In this document: positions 55,128 to 64,000 of the stretch, in pieces
Numbering within the stretch: position 1 is the stretch's first letter
How the letters are laid out: every line of letters starts with the position of its first letter
Source: an uncultured Planctomycetia bacterium
GTDB lineage: Bacteria > Omnitrophota > Gorgyraeia > 1-14-0-20-64-10
Length of the DNA stretch: 64,000 nt
Direction of reading: 5' to 3'
Assembly: GCA_964373805.1 (NCBI GenBank)
Contig: CAYJWF010000002.1
Span: 13,861-77,860, forward strand
Made by a program: the position numbers and the translations under genes
The notes under the pieces: generated by a model
What the model saw: only the letters and a program-made list of their open reading frames with translations
Database searches by the model: none
What the model was told of the DNA's origin: nothing

Positions 55128-56129
55128 CTACCCTCTCGTGGCGGCAACGAACATCTGCCACCCCGTCTCTCTCTCTCTCAAACGCTGGGCAACCCTCTGC
55201 GCCTCTTGTTCAGTGGCGCAGAGGGCCAGCACCGTCGATCCGGACCCCGACACCAAGGGCCGCGAATGGGTAACCCTTCGAATCGTCGCCTTCACCTCCC
55301 GGACGACCGGGTAAAGGGCTTCTACGGTGGGCTCCAAGGCATTAAAGAGGAGCTCCTCAACTTGACGCACGTGGTTCTCTCTTAAGGCGCGGCAGATGAG
55401 TGTAACATCGGCCCCAGGGGCTGTCAAGCCTGTCCTGAGCGAGGGTGCATCCCAGATTCGTCGGCGCTTTTGGCTGTCATCCTCATGAAAATGAGGATCT
55501 GATTCCCACTTTCGCGGGAATGACAACCGATAAACTTGGGATGCACCCCTGAGCCGAGCCGAAGGGGTGAAAGCCTGGTAAACGGCTCTCGTTGAAATGG
55601 GAACGTTGGGGTATACCAAAAGATGCCACAGGGACATCGGAAAAGTAACCGGTTCCAGCTCCTCGCCCCTGCCCCGGCCCAACGCCCAGGGCCGTTGGGC
55701 AAGAAAGAAAGGGACGTCCGAACCGAGCTGCCGGGCGATGCGATCCAGTTCAGCCTCCGACAATCGGTTGGAACTTAGTTGCTGGAGGGCCAACAGGGTG
55801 GCGGCGGCGTCGGAGGAACCTCCGCCCAATCCGGCCGCGACTGGAATCTGTTTTTTAAGTTGAATCCGAATCCCAAGGGAGTCGTTGGTCGCCTGTCGAT
55901 AAGCGAAAGCCGCTCGGACCGCCAGGTTGGTCCCGTCCACCGGAACTTGGGGGCTGTCGCAGAGGCATTCGATCCGGCCGTCCCCGGTCAACTCCACGGT
56001 GAGGCGATCGGCCAGATCGATCCGCTCAAATAAAGTGACGAGGCTGTGGTAACCGTCCGGGCGTTTGCCCACCACATCGAGAAAGAGATTCACCTTGGCG
56101 TACGCCGGAACGCTCACCGCTCGCTTCAC
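55128..56129 (-). CDS. ispE: 4-diphosphocytidyl-2-C-methyl-D-erythritol kinase with an in-frame 38-codon insertion derived from a MITE-like element
   Basis: GHMP kinase motifs (KVNLFLDVVGKRPDGYH, PVAAGLGGGSSDAAA); 333 aa vs ~285 typical; extra segment LSFPRKWESDPHFHEDDSQKRRRIWDAPSLRTGL maps to 55441..55554. Confidence 0.8.
   Translation of the reverse strand: MKRAVSVPAYAKVNLFLDVVGKRPDGYHSLVTLFERIDLADRLTVELTGDGRIECLCDSPQVPVDGTNLAVRAAFAYRQATNDSLGIRIQLKKQIPVAAGLGGGSSDAAATLLALQQLSSNRLSEAELDRIARQLGSDVPFFLAQRPWALGRGRGEELEPVTFPMSLWHLLVYPNVPISTRAVYQAFTPSARLRGASQVYRLSFPRKWESDPHFHEDDSQKRRRIWDAPSLRTGLTAPGADVTLICRALRENHVRQVEELLFNALEPTVEALYPVVREVKATIRRVTHSRPLVSGSGSTVLALCATEQEAQRVAQRLRERETGWQMFVAATRG
55441..55547. 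mobile_element. 107-bp MITE-like element with 13-bp terminal inverted repeats (GGGTGCATCCCAG / TTGGGATGCACCC) and 7-bp flanking direct repeat CCTGAGC (55434..55440 and 55548..55554); inserted in-frame in ispE
   Basis: TIRs 12/13 complementary; internal hairpin ATCCTCA-TGAAAA-TGAGGAT; element plus duplication = 114 bp = 38 codons. Confidence 0.65.
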
Positions 56130-56143
56130 GGGTTACCCTCTTT

Positions 56144-57394
56144 TTAAGGAAGTGCCGCAGGAGTGGTGGAATTGCGTCGACGGTAAATCGGAAGATCCTT
56201 GGCTGGAACGGCCCAACGGGTCCCCTTCAACGCGTCGGTGACCTTGAGCTCCTCAAAATCGGAGAAACGATAGCTGTGCAAGAGATAGGCGCTCGTTTCC
56301 ATGAGGACCCGGCTCACCTCTTCTGGGGGAATCGGCTTTAAAGCGGCACCTTCTTCCTCTTCTAAAGGGATAAACTCAGCGGAAACCCGTTTCGCGATCT
56401 GCTCCGACAAAAATTGGGCGAGATCCATCGGCTCCAAATAGAAGCCTCCCTTCCACTTCTCCGGGGCCCCAAACGACTCATAGGCAGCCGGCATCTTCAA
56501 AGATTCCAACCGCTCGAGGTTTAACAGCTTCCCCTGACCCTCTTTTAACTCCACGGTAAACAAAACGGCCCCAGGCTCTTCCAAGGGGGCCAGGGAGACG
56601 TAGACCAAACAGCGATCGGATTGGATCTGGCGCACCGGCCAATCCTCCTCGATCAAATTCAACCCTCGGCCCTGGAGCTCCACGGCGAGCCTCAAGATTT
56701 TTTGCAGAAGCTCCTTAAACTGCTGGGTCGAGGCCACATACCGGGTCAAAAGCTGAGGCAATGGCTTTCGAAACAGATCCGCGAGAAAAGCCCTCACCGT
56801 TTCCCGGGCGGCCCCCTCCGGTTGAGGACGCACCTGCACGCGCGAGCGCTGTTGAAGTTCCCCGATGGAGATGTCCAAGTACTGAACCCTCTTTAAGTCG
56901 TTCAGGTGCCCTGAGAAGACCACCTCCAGGCCGGTCGGCCCCGGATCCCGGGCGATCAACACGTAAAATTCCAAGTGGGCGTCCGTTGAGAGGGCGACTC
57001 GGCGTAAAGCGGTCGAGACCCGATCCAATTTCGTTAAGGCTTCCGATTTCTTCTCCGAACGGGGCCCCGATTCCTTTTCCTTCTTATCGGCCCGGACAAA
57101 AGGGGCCCGGGCTAAGAATTGGAAGTCAAACGCCTTCTCCTCATACTGGCCTTCCACAAAAACCACGGTGGCAGGAGGCGGCCCGGAGGATTGCTTCATC
57201 AACTCCTCGATCAAACCCGGGATGGGAACCTGCACCCCCACGGTGGTCTTGACCACCTGGGAAAGCACATCGATCCCGTACTCCCGCTTGCACAGCCCGA
57301 CCAACGACTCGGCCACCCGTTCCTTCGGATAGCTCGGCCCACAGGAGCTTAAGAGAAGCGTCGCCCCTAAAAGGGCGATGGAGCGGCTCAACAT
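56144..57394 (-). CDS. Hypothetical lipoprotein (lipobox LLSSC)
   Basis: 416-aa ORF; MLSRSIALLGATLLLSSCG signal/lipobox; no domain recognised. Confidence 0.5.
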   Translation of the reverse strand: MLSRSIALLGATLLLSSCGPSYPKERVAESLVGLCKREYGIDVLSQVVKTTVGVQVPIPGLIEELMKQSSGPPPATVVFVEGQYEEKAFDFQFLARAPFVRADKKEKESGPRSEKKSEALTKLDRVSTALRRVALSTDAHLEFYVLIARDPGPTGLEVVFSGHLNDLKRVQYLDISIGELQQRSRVQVRPQPEGAARETVRAFLADLFRKPLPQLLTRYVASTQQFKELLQKILRLAVELQGRGLNLIEEDWPVRQIQSDRCLVYVSLAPLEEPGAVLFTVELKEGQGKLLNLERLESLKMPAAYESFGAPEKWKGGFYLEPMDLAQFLSEQIAKRVSAEFIPLEEEEGAALKPIPPEEVSRVLMETSAYLLHSYRFSDFEELKVTDALKGTRWAVPAKDLPIYRRRNSTTPAALP

Positions 57395-57414
57395 GGGAAG
57401 GTTTCCTTGAACCC

Positions 57415-59061
57415 CTAAGAACCGGAAGGGGAATCCTTCGAGGAGGGAAGAGGCATCCGAGACTTCCCGTACTCGGCAAAGATCGCCTCAATCTCGTCGT
57501 ACTCCAGCTCCTCCTTCTCCAGGAGTTCCTTGGCGAAACGGTCCAGGATCATCCGCTCTTTGGTCAACAGCTGTTCCACCTCCTCGGCGCAGGTTCGGAA
57601 GATGGCGTTGGTCTCGGCGTTGAGCTCACTCTTGACCGTATCGGAGAGCTGAGAGGAATTGCCATCGGCCAGCATCGCCCAATCGCCCAGATATTTGGTT
57701 CCCATCCCGAAACGCCAAACCATGTTGTGGGCGCGGCCCATGGCGTCCCGAAAGTCGCTGGCTACCCCACTGCAGGTGGTTCCAGAAACCAGCTTCTCCG
57801 CCATGTAGCCGCCTAAGTCGACCTTGATGTCGGCCAAAAGCTGATCCTTACTTTGGGTATGAAGCTCCTCCCTGGGACTGGGCCAGACGACTCCCAAGGT
57901 TCCCCGGCGAGCGATGATGGAGGCCTTGAAGACGTCGTCGATCGGATGGAGCAGGTACATGACGATCAGGTGTCCCGCCTCATGGTAAGCGGTCATGCGC
58001 CGCTCCGTCTGACTCATGCTCTTTCGATGTTTGATCCCCAGATCGATCCGCTCCAGCGCCTCGGAGATGTCGCCGTAGGTCACCTTTTCCCGCTTGTACC
58101 GAGTGGCAATGAGGGCTGCTTCTTTGACAATGTTTTCAATCTCCGCCGGAGTTTTTCTGACGGCGCGCCGAGCCACACGCCCGACATCGATGTTCGGCTC
58201 GGCCTGGACCTTGCCCAGATAATAGGTAAACAGCTTCTCCCGCCCTTCCAGGTTGGGTCGATCCACGTAGATCTTCCGGTCAAATCGGCCTGGCCTTAAC
58301 ATCGCTATATCCAACACCTCTTCCGCCGCATTTGTCGCCCCGATCACCACGACGTTCTCCTGGGCTCCCTGGAGGCCGTCCATCTCCACGAGAAGGGCGT
58401 TTAAGGTGGAGTTCGTCTCCTGGCCCCCCATCCAGCTAAAGCTTCGGGATCGACCAACGGCATCCAACTCATCGATGAAGATGATGCAGGCCCCCTGGGC
58501 ATACGACATCCGTCGGGCATCCTTGAACAGCTTTCGGACCCGGCTGGCTCCCACTCCCACGAACACCTCGACGAAATCGCTGGCGGCTAAGGAAAGGAAG
58601 GGGATCCCAGCCTCTGTCGCGATCGCCTTGGCGAGGTACGTCTTCCCGCAGCCGGGAGGGCCCACCATCAAGATCCCCCGTAGGATCTTCCCACCCATCT
58701 TTTTCAAGCGGGCCCGATCCCTTAAGAGCTGCACCACCTCCCAGGCCTCCTCCTTGGCCTCGTCAATCCCGATGACGTCCCTAAAATGCACATTGACCTG
58801 TTGCCCCTTGACCTGCTTTCGGTTCTGCTTGGAGAAATAGCCGAACAGGACCCAGACGTAGATGAAGGCGGAGATGGCGCCCATCAACAGCCACACCAGG
58901 ATCGTCATCGGCAGGGTGGCCAACTGCATGTTCCGGTAGAACGACTCCAACTTGGACATCCCGTACCAGGTCAACCCAAAGCAGATCACCGCCGTTAAGG
59001 TGATCGCAATGCCCAGCCAGTGATCCTGACAAAAGATCTTAAGTTTTCGCCACCCACGCAT
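57415..59061 (-). CDS. ftsH: FtsH-like membrane-anchored AAA+ zinc metalloprotease (short paralog, 548 aa)
   Basis: Two N-terminal TM helices, Walker A GPPGCGKT, Walker B IIFIDELD, second region of homology, HEAGH zinc motif. Confidence 0.8.
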   Translation of the reverse strand: MRGWRKLKIFCQDHWLGIAITLTAVICFGLTWYGMSKLESFYRNMQLATLPMTILVWLLMGAISAFIYVWVLFGYFSKQNRKQVKGQQVNVHFRDVIGIDEAKEEAWEVVQLLRDRARLKKMGGKILRGILMVGPPGCGKTYLAKAIATEAGIPFLSLAASDFVEVFVGVGASRVRKLFKDARRMSYAQGACIIFIDELDAVGRSRSFSWMGGQETNSTLNALLVEMDGLQGAQENVVVIGATNAAEEVLDIAMLRPGRFDRKIYVDRPNLEGREKLFTYYLGKVQAEPNIDVGRVARRAVRKTPAEIENIVKEAALIATRYKREKVTYGDISEALERIDLGIKHRKSMSQTERRMTAYHEAGHLIVMYLLHPIDDVFKASIIARRGTLGVVWPSPREELHTQSKDQLLADIKVDLGGYMAEKLVSGTTCSGVASDFRDAMGRAHNMVWRFGMGTKYLGDWAMLADGNSSQLSDTVKSELNAETNAIFRTCAEEVEQLLTKERMILDRFAKELLEKEELEYDEIEAIFAEYGKSRMPLPSSKDSPSGS

Positions 59062-59081
59062 GTTAAGGAAGTCCTTTCCTT

Positions 59082-60590
59082 TTATCGGTGCCTGGCACCG
59101 TTACCGGCACCGTTTAAGGCCCCTTCGGCCTCCTTCTGTTTGCCCAGTGATAAGTATACCTGACCCAAATGCTCAAAAACCTCCGGATCTGGCCTCTGAA
59201 CCGAGGCCTCTTTCAGAAGAATCTCAGCCTCCTCCAGCCGGCCCAACTTGAAGTAGATCCAGCCCAACGAATCGAGATACGCCCCGTTCTCAGGATCCAA
59301 CGCCAACGCCTGCTCCACGAGGCCGGCGGCCTCTGGAAGGTGGACCCCCCACGTCGCGTAGAGATACCCCAGACTGTTCATGAGATCCGGGTCGTTGGGC
59401 TCCAATTCCAGTGCCTGGCGGAAGGCCCCCTCCGCCTCCGGGTAACGGCCCCACTGAAAGTACAAGCTCCCTAACCCTAAGAAGATCCTCGCTTCGTGAG
59501 GGGCGATTTCCACCGCCTGCTGAAAGGCGGCTTCCGCCTCCGGTTTCTGGTCGCCGGTCTCAAAGGCCAGTGCCAAAACCAACCAGAGTTCGACCGAATT
59601 CTCCTCCGCGGGCGTCTGAACTTCCAGACCAGTCTTGACCAGCTCCACCGCATCCTTCCAACGACCCTGCTCGAGGCGAAGCTGTCCAAGCTCCAGATAC
59701 CCCGTCGGATCTCGGGGAGAAAAGCTCAAATACCGGTTCAGCCACCGGTCGGTCTCCTCCAGATCTCCCAATCGATACGAAAGGGCGGCCAAGTAGCGGA
59801 TCAACCGCGTATTGGCCGGCTCCAATTCCAGCGCCTTGACGAACTCCTCCTTCGCCCCTTTCAAATCCCCGGTTAACTCCAAGCCGACGCTCAAACCCAA
59901 TCGAGCCTCCACGCCCTCGGGATCGAGGGTGATCGCCCGACGGAAATGATCCACCGCCTCCTCCCATCGGCCGACCTTCGCATACAAGACCCCGACGTTG
60001 CAATGGCCGACCGAGGAATCGGGTCTCTCCTTCAGCAACCGTTCGTAGATCGCGAGAGCTTCCTGCACCTTTTCCTGGAGGAGGTAAAGATCGGCCAAGT
60101 GACTGAGCGCCCCCAAATGACCCGGATCGCGGAGCAAGATCTGGCTGTATTGAACGGCCGCCTCCTCGAATCGTTCTTCGTTGGTGTACAGGATCCCTAA
60201 GAGGAAGTGGGAGCGCGGATCCGCCGGATCAAGCCGGGTGGCTGTTTCGAAAAGCTCGGTCGCGTGGGGCCCATCGTCCATCTGGAGGTAGACCGTCCCC
60301 AAGCGCAACGCCATCTGGACGCTCTCCGGTCGGTATTGGATCGCCTGTCGGTACGCTTGTTCAGCCGCTTTCCAATCGCCTTGACCCTCGGCAAGGAGAC
60401 CCGCTAGGTAACGGCTTAATCCCTGAGCCTGGAGAAGGGACTTCCCTTCCAAGCCGATCCCCGGAGCGGGCCAGTGGAGGAAAGAGACCGAACGGGCCTC
60501 GGCGGTCATCATCATCCGACCGACCGGCTTGCAGCCAGCCAGCGTTCCCACAAAAAGGAATAACCCTATAACGATAAGCTTCATCGCCAC
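59082..60590 (-). CDS. TPR-repeat lipoprotein
   Basis: Lipobox LAGC; ~12 tandem 34-aa TPR units (W/LG-Y-A-F-P pattern). Confidence 0.7.
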   Translation of the reverse strand: MAMKLIVIGLFLFVGTLAGCKPVGRMMMTAEARSVSFLHWPAPGIGLEGKSLLQAQGLSRYLAGLLAEGQGDWKAAEQAYRQAIQYRPESVQMALRLGTVYLQMDDGPHATELFETATRLDPADPRSHFLLGILYTNEERFEEAAVQYSQILLRDPGHLGALSHLADLYLLQEKVQEALAIYERLLKERPDSSVGHCNVGVLYAKVGRWEEAVDHFRRAITLDPEGVEARLGLSVGLELTGDLKGAKEEFVKALELEPANTRLIRYLAALSYRLGDLEETDRWLNRYLSFSPRDPTGYLELGQLRLEQGRWKDAVELVKTGLEVQTPAEENSVELWLVLALAFETGDQKPEAEAAFQQAVEIAPHEARIFLGLGSLYFQWGRYPEAEGAFRQALELEPNDPDLMNSLGYLYATWGVHLPEAAGLVEQALALDPENGAYLDSLGWIYFKLGRLEEAEILLKEASVQRPDPEVFEHLGQVYLSLGKQKEAEGALNGAGNGARHR

Positions 60591-60613
60591 TCGTGTACGG
60601 TTTACCGTTTACC

Positions 60614-60703
60614 CTATTTCTTCTTATGCCGATCGCGCCGCAGCCGCTTCTTCCGCTTATGTTTGGCCATCTTCCTGCGGCGCTTTTTCCGTAAGTTGGG
60701 CAT
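60614..60703 (-). CDS. Candidate 29-aa highly basic peptide immediately downstream of hisG (TAG-ATG junction)
   Basis: MPNLRKKRRRKMAKHKRKKRLRRDRHKKK; 19 of 29 residues are Lys/Arg; no homology assignable from sequence alone. Confidence 0.2.
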   Translation of the reverse strand: MPNLRKKRRRKMAKHKRKKRLRRDRHKKK

Positions 60704-61582
60704 CTAGTAAATCACCTTATTCAAGGAGTATTCGATGATCCCCTCGGCCCCTGCCTTCTTAAGCTCCGGAACGAGGCTGCGCACCACCTTCTCGTCCAGG
60801 ACCGTCTCCACGGCAAACCAGCCGTTGGAGCTTAAGGGGGAAACCGTCGGCTTCTTGATGGCCGGCAGAACCTCCAGCACCTTCTTCAGACTCTTCTTGG
60901 AAACGTTCATCTTGAGTCCCACCTTATCCCGGGCGGCGATGGCCCCCTTCAACAGGGTGGCGATCGATTCCAATTTCTTTCGCTTGAACGGATCCTTCCA
61001 AGCCGCCTTGTTGGAGATGAGCTGGGTCGTCGAGGTGCAGATCGTATCGACGACCCGCAATTTATTCGCCCGCAAAGAGGCCCCGGTTTCGGTGAGCTCC
61101 ACAATGGCGTCCACGAGATCCGTTCCCACCTTGGCCTCGGTGGCGCCCCAGGAAAACTCTACCACGGCGTTGACCTTGTGAGACTTTAAGTACGACTTGG
61201 TGAGCGCCACCAATTCGGTGGCGATCCTTTTGCCCTCCAGATCCTTCGGCCTCTGGATCTTGGAATCCACCGGGACCGCTAAGACCCATCGAACCGGTTG
61301 GAACCCCTGCTTGGAATAACTCAGATCCGTCACCTTGACCACGTCGGAGCCGTTTTCCATGATCCAGTCGTTGCCGGTAATTCCTCCATCGAGGACTCCC
61401 GCCTCAACGTACCGAGACATCTCCTGGGCTCTTAACAGCACCACCTCCAGCTCTTCGTCATCGATGGAGGGGAAATACGACCGATCCGTAATATTCAAAT
61501 GAAAGCCGGCCTGCCGCAACAATTGAACGGTAGACTCCTGAAGGCTCCCTTTGGGCAGCCCTAATTTAAGCCTCATTCCCAC
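60704..61582 (-). CDS. hisG: ATP phosphoribosyltransferase (long form)
   Basis: 292 aa; [12 protein letters not shown]...GNDWIMENG...; C-terminal regulatory domain present. Confidence 0.85.
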   Translation of the reverse strand: MGMRLKLGLPKGSLQESTVQLLRQAGFHLNITDRSYFPSIDDEELEVVLLRAQEMSRYVEAGVLDGGITGNDWIMENGSDVVKVTDLSYSKQGFQPVRWVLAVPVDSKIQRPKDLEGKRIATELVALTKSYLKSHKVNAVVEFSWGATEAKVGTDLVDAIVELTETGASLRANKLRVVDTICTSTTQLISNKAAWKDPFKRKKLESIATLLKGAIAARDKVGLKMNVSKKSLKKVLEVLPAIKKPTVSPLSSNGWFAVETVLDEKVVRSLVPELKKAGAEGIIEYSLNKVIY

Positions 61583-61721
61583 CCTCCTCTAATAAAAAGG
61601 CCTCTTTGATCTGACGCTTGACCTTGGGCCTTCGGTAGACCCTCTTCGAAGGCTTCACCCGAGTGCGCGGATGAATCCGCCAGAAGCGACGGACCTTCAC
61701 GGTCCGTTTCCGTTTTGCCAT
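61566..61721 (-). CDS. Candidate 51-aa basic protein overlapping hisG start by 17 nt
   Basis: [51 protein letters not shown]; ribosomal-protein-like composition but no confident family match. Confidence 0.25.
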   Translation of the reverse strand: MAKRKRTVKVRRFWRIHPRTRVKPSKRVYRRPKVKRQIKEAFLLEEGGNEA

Positions 61722-61790
61722 AAAACGGCTATTCTACGGGAAAGCTGCCTTTAAGTCAACTCAAAGAACGCTGCTTAAGGGCAGTGTGAA

Positions 61791-62834
61791 TTGATAACTA
61801 ATTTTAAAATTAATATGTCTACTAACCATAACAAAAAACCTTCCCCTTGCCTTCTCTTGGGCCTTATGGGTACAATAGGTTTTGTGAAGTGGATTCGAAA
61901 GCGAGTGGGGATCGTGGCGGGGGCCGCCATTGCAGGATTCCTCCTTTGGCTCGTGGGAACCGTGGTCTCCATCCAGACCACCCAGGCGGAGTCGGTGGGT
62001 CTTTTATTCGGCAAGAAGGTGCCTTTCAAGGAGTTCATGGAGGCGTCCCAAGCGGTCACCCATCAGGCGATCTTGACCCATGGAGACCGGTTCCAACAGG
62101 AAGTCACCAACGACCTCCTGGAAGCCCAAGCTTGGGAAAGATTGACCTACCTGGCCGAAGCCAAACGTCTTAAGATCCGAGTTTCCGACCAAGAGGTGGT
62201 CGAAGAGATCCAGAACCTCTTCCAGAGCAATGGTCAATTCGACCGAAAGGGGTACGAGACGGTGGTTCAATACCTGCTGGGAACCTCGCCTCGTGCCTTC
62301 GAGGAGGGGATCCGCGGGACCTTGACCATTCGGAAGCTGCTCGATCAAGCTCTCGAAAATCCCACCGTCACCGAGGAGGAATTGAAGAAAACCTTCCACG
62401 AGCGGGAAGACAAGATTCAGATCAGTTACCTGGTCCTTTCGCAAGAGCCGCTGGCTCGGGAGATCGCCGAAAGCGTGCGTCAAGATTGGGCGAGGATGAA
62501 GCCGATCGCCAAACAACTGGACGCCAAGATCCAACGGTTGGAATACTTCAAACGGACCGAGGATCTCCCGGAGTTGGGCTACGCCGGATCCACCTTTGGG
62601 CCGGCCTTCTCGCTTCAACCCGGGGAGGTGACCGGTCCTGTCTCCTCCCAAAAGGGGTGGCTGGTGGTCAAACTCGAGGACCAACGTCCGGCCGATGAGG
62701 AAAATCTGCCGGCGATGCGGGAAACTCTGGAAAAACAGATCACCAACCAGAAGCGGCTGATGGCCTATTTCAGCTGGTACTCCGACCTACGCAAGCGGGC
62801 CAACCTCAAGAAGAAGCTAGAGGCTAAGAGCTGA
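61791..62834 (+). CDS. SurA/PpiD-like periplasmic chaperone with parvulin-type PPIase domain (true start likely downstream of annotated Met)
   Basis: N-terminal TM (IVAGAAIAGFLLWLVGTVV), SurA_N-like helical domain, C-terminal parvulin-like segment GSTFGPAFSLQPGEVTGPVSSQKGWLVVKL. Confidence 0.6.
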   Translation: MITNFKINMSTNHNKKPSPCLLLGLMGTIGFVKWIRKRVGIVAGAAIAGFLLWLVGTVVSIQTTQAESVGLLFGKKVPFKEFMEASQAVTHQAILTHGDRFQQEVTNDLLEAQAWERLTYLAEAKRLKIRVSDQEVVEEIQNLFQSNGQFDRKGYETVVQYLLGTSPRAFEEGIRGTLTIRKLLDQALENPTVTEEELKKTFHEREDKIQISYLVLSQEPLAREIAESVRQDWARMKPIAKQLDAKIQRLEYFKRTEDLPELGYAGSTFGPAFSLQPGEVTGPVSSQKGWLVVKLEDQRPADEENLPAMRETLEKQITNQKRLMAYFSWYSDLRKRANLKKKLEAKS

Positions 62835-62964
62835 GCAGGGAAGAGGTAAGACGAAAAATAAAAATGTATTGATAAATCTCTGTAACGTATTGTATACTTT
62901 TTAGGGGGGAGGCCCCGCCTTTGGCGGGACATCCGCTGGCGCCGGCAAGAGCGCCAACGAGAAG

Positions 62965-63279
62965 ATGCCCGCCTCCACCGCTAGGGGACAGGCCCGTATT
63001 CCATTCATCGCCTTTGCTGAGATGTATGCCGCCTTGTGGCTTCGATTCGGGCAGGCAAAAGCCGATGAAGCCATCGCCTCTATCCAACAGTGGCAGTTAC
63101 CTTGGGCCTGGCCTACGGAAGAGGTCGTCTTGCTAGCGGGGCGATGGCGGGCCGTTTACCGTCTGGGGGTGGCCGACAGCTTCATCGCTGCCCTAGCCTT
63201 CAGACACCAAGCCACGTTGGTCACCAAAGACCCAGACTTCCGCCCCCTTCAACAGGACCTCAAGCTCCTGTTTCTTTAA
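62965..63279 (+). pseudogene. PIN-domain (VapC-like) toxin remnant, C-terminal part only
   Basis: [28 protein letters not shown] = PIN C-terminal motif; upstream frame lacks the N-terminal Asp-containing strand; 3' end overlaps nrdR on opposite strand. Confidence 0.4.
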
Positions 63280-63741
63280 AAGGCATCTGCTTCTTGGTAA
63301 GCAGTTCTCGAAGCTCCTTGAGGAATTGTTGAGGTCCTTAAAGGAGCGGTAGACCGAGGCGAAACGGACGTAGGCCACCTCGTCCAGCTCGTGGAGCCGC
63401 TTCATGAGCCTCTCCCCGATTTCCACCGATGGGATCTCCCGCTCAAATTCTCGCGCGATCTCCTGTTCCAGTTCGCCTACCATCGACTCGATCCGCTCGG
63501 TGGGAATGGGTCGTTTCTCACAAGCCTTGAGAAGGCCGCTTAGAATCTTCTTCCGATCAAACGGCTCCCGGCGGCCATCCCGTTTGACCACCAAAAGAGG
63601 AGATTCCTCGAGCCGTTCGTAGGTGGTGTACCGCCGCTGACATTTCAGGCATTCCCGTCGCCGCCGGATCGCGGCTCCATCCGGCGACTCCCGCGAGTCG
63701 ATGACTTTACCTTCCCCGAACCCGCAATACGGGCACCTCAC
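63193..63741 (-). CDS. nrdR: Transcriptional repressor NrdR (C-terminal end possibly over-extended)
   Basis: [17 protein letters not shown]...[17 protein letters not shown] zinc ribbon + ATP-cone. Confidence 0.85.
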   Translation of the reverse strand: MRCPYCGFGEGKVIDSRESPDGAAIRRRRECLKCQRRYTTYERLEESPLLVVKRDGRREPFDRKKILSGLLKACEKRPIPTERIESMVGELEQEIAREFEREIPSVEIGERLMKRLHELDEVAYVRFASVYRSFKDLNNSSRSFENCLPRSRCLLKKQELEVLLKGAEVWVFGDQRGLVSEG

Positions 63742-63754
63742 GAAAGTCCACTCT

Positions 63755-64000
63755 TCATCCGCGGGGGAGACGGCTATCCTCGGTAACGATCTGAATATCC
63801 AAACCGATCTGCTGAAGGGGTAGGAAATCGTGATCCGCTGTGATCAGCTTCACCCGATGGACTTGGGCCACAGCGGCTAGAAAGATATCCCTGAAACCAA
63901 CCGATTTCTTCCTTCGGCGAAGCTGCCGCCAAAGATCACCCGCCTTTGAGGAAACCTCCCGGGTAAACTCCAAAACCGGCAGATGGGAAAACCGATGATC
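63755..64000 (-). CDS. PIN-domain (VapC-like) protein, partial (5' end beyond window)
   Basis: [24 protein letters not shown] matches PIN C-terminal motif; reading frame stays open to the window edge. Confidence 0.4.
   Translation of the reverse strand, partial: DHRFSHLPVLEFTREVSSKAGDLWRQLRRRKKSVGFRDIFLAAVAQVHRVKLITADHDFLPLQQIGLDIQIVTEDSRLPRG

Overview
High-GC (~60%) chromosomal segment of a diderm bacterium. Almost every gene lies on the minus strand, so this is probably the leading strand.

Housekeeping and envelope genes:
- Translation and nucleotide metabolism: frr-pyrH-tsf-rpsB, then dnaB-rplI-rpsR-ssb-rpsF-pth-rplY-prs-glmU-clpX-tRNA-Gln-spoVG-ispE, a Bacillus-like order.
- Lipid A and outer membrane: an MsbA-like exporter, a Gfo/Idh/MocA oxidoreductase and lpxB on the left. 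Further right are lpxD, a fused lpxC-fabZ, lpxI, nadE, skp and bamA.
- Nitrogen: two tandem glutamine synthetases (GSI-alpha and GSI-beta), glnK, amtB and a porin.

Accessory content:
- A ~2.3 kb decayed integrative islet at tRNA-Lys, bounded by a 20-bp direct repeat. It carries an integrase remnant and a fused HigB/HigA-like module.
- MazEF-like, AbiEi/AbiEii, HicAB and MNT/HEPN (HEPN truncated) toxin/defence modules, plus two PIN remnants around nrdR.
- Two large secreted proteins with type-I dockerin-like repeats: an FG-GAP beta-propeller protein and a subtilisin with a beta-propeller.
- A 3114-aa giant protein with VWA, two MoxR/midasin-like AAA modules and a beta-propeller, encoded immediately upstream of bamA.

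Most unusual signals:
- A ~58-bp repeat family occurs intergenically and as in-frame insertions inside msbA, pth and the 3' end of prs (RPE-like behaviour).
- A separate 107-bp MITE-like element with terminal inverted repeats and a 7-bp target duplication is inserted in-frame in ispE.
- A structured ~270-bp element flanked by 12-bp direct repeats sits between lpxI and lpxC-fabZ.
- A large imperfect palindrome overlaps the skp start.
- SpoVG carries a zinc-ribbon insertion.

No CRISPR array or rRNA was seen.
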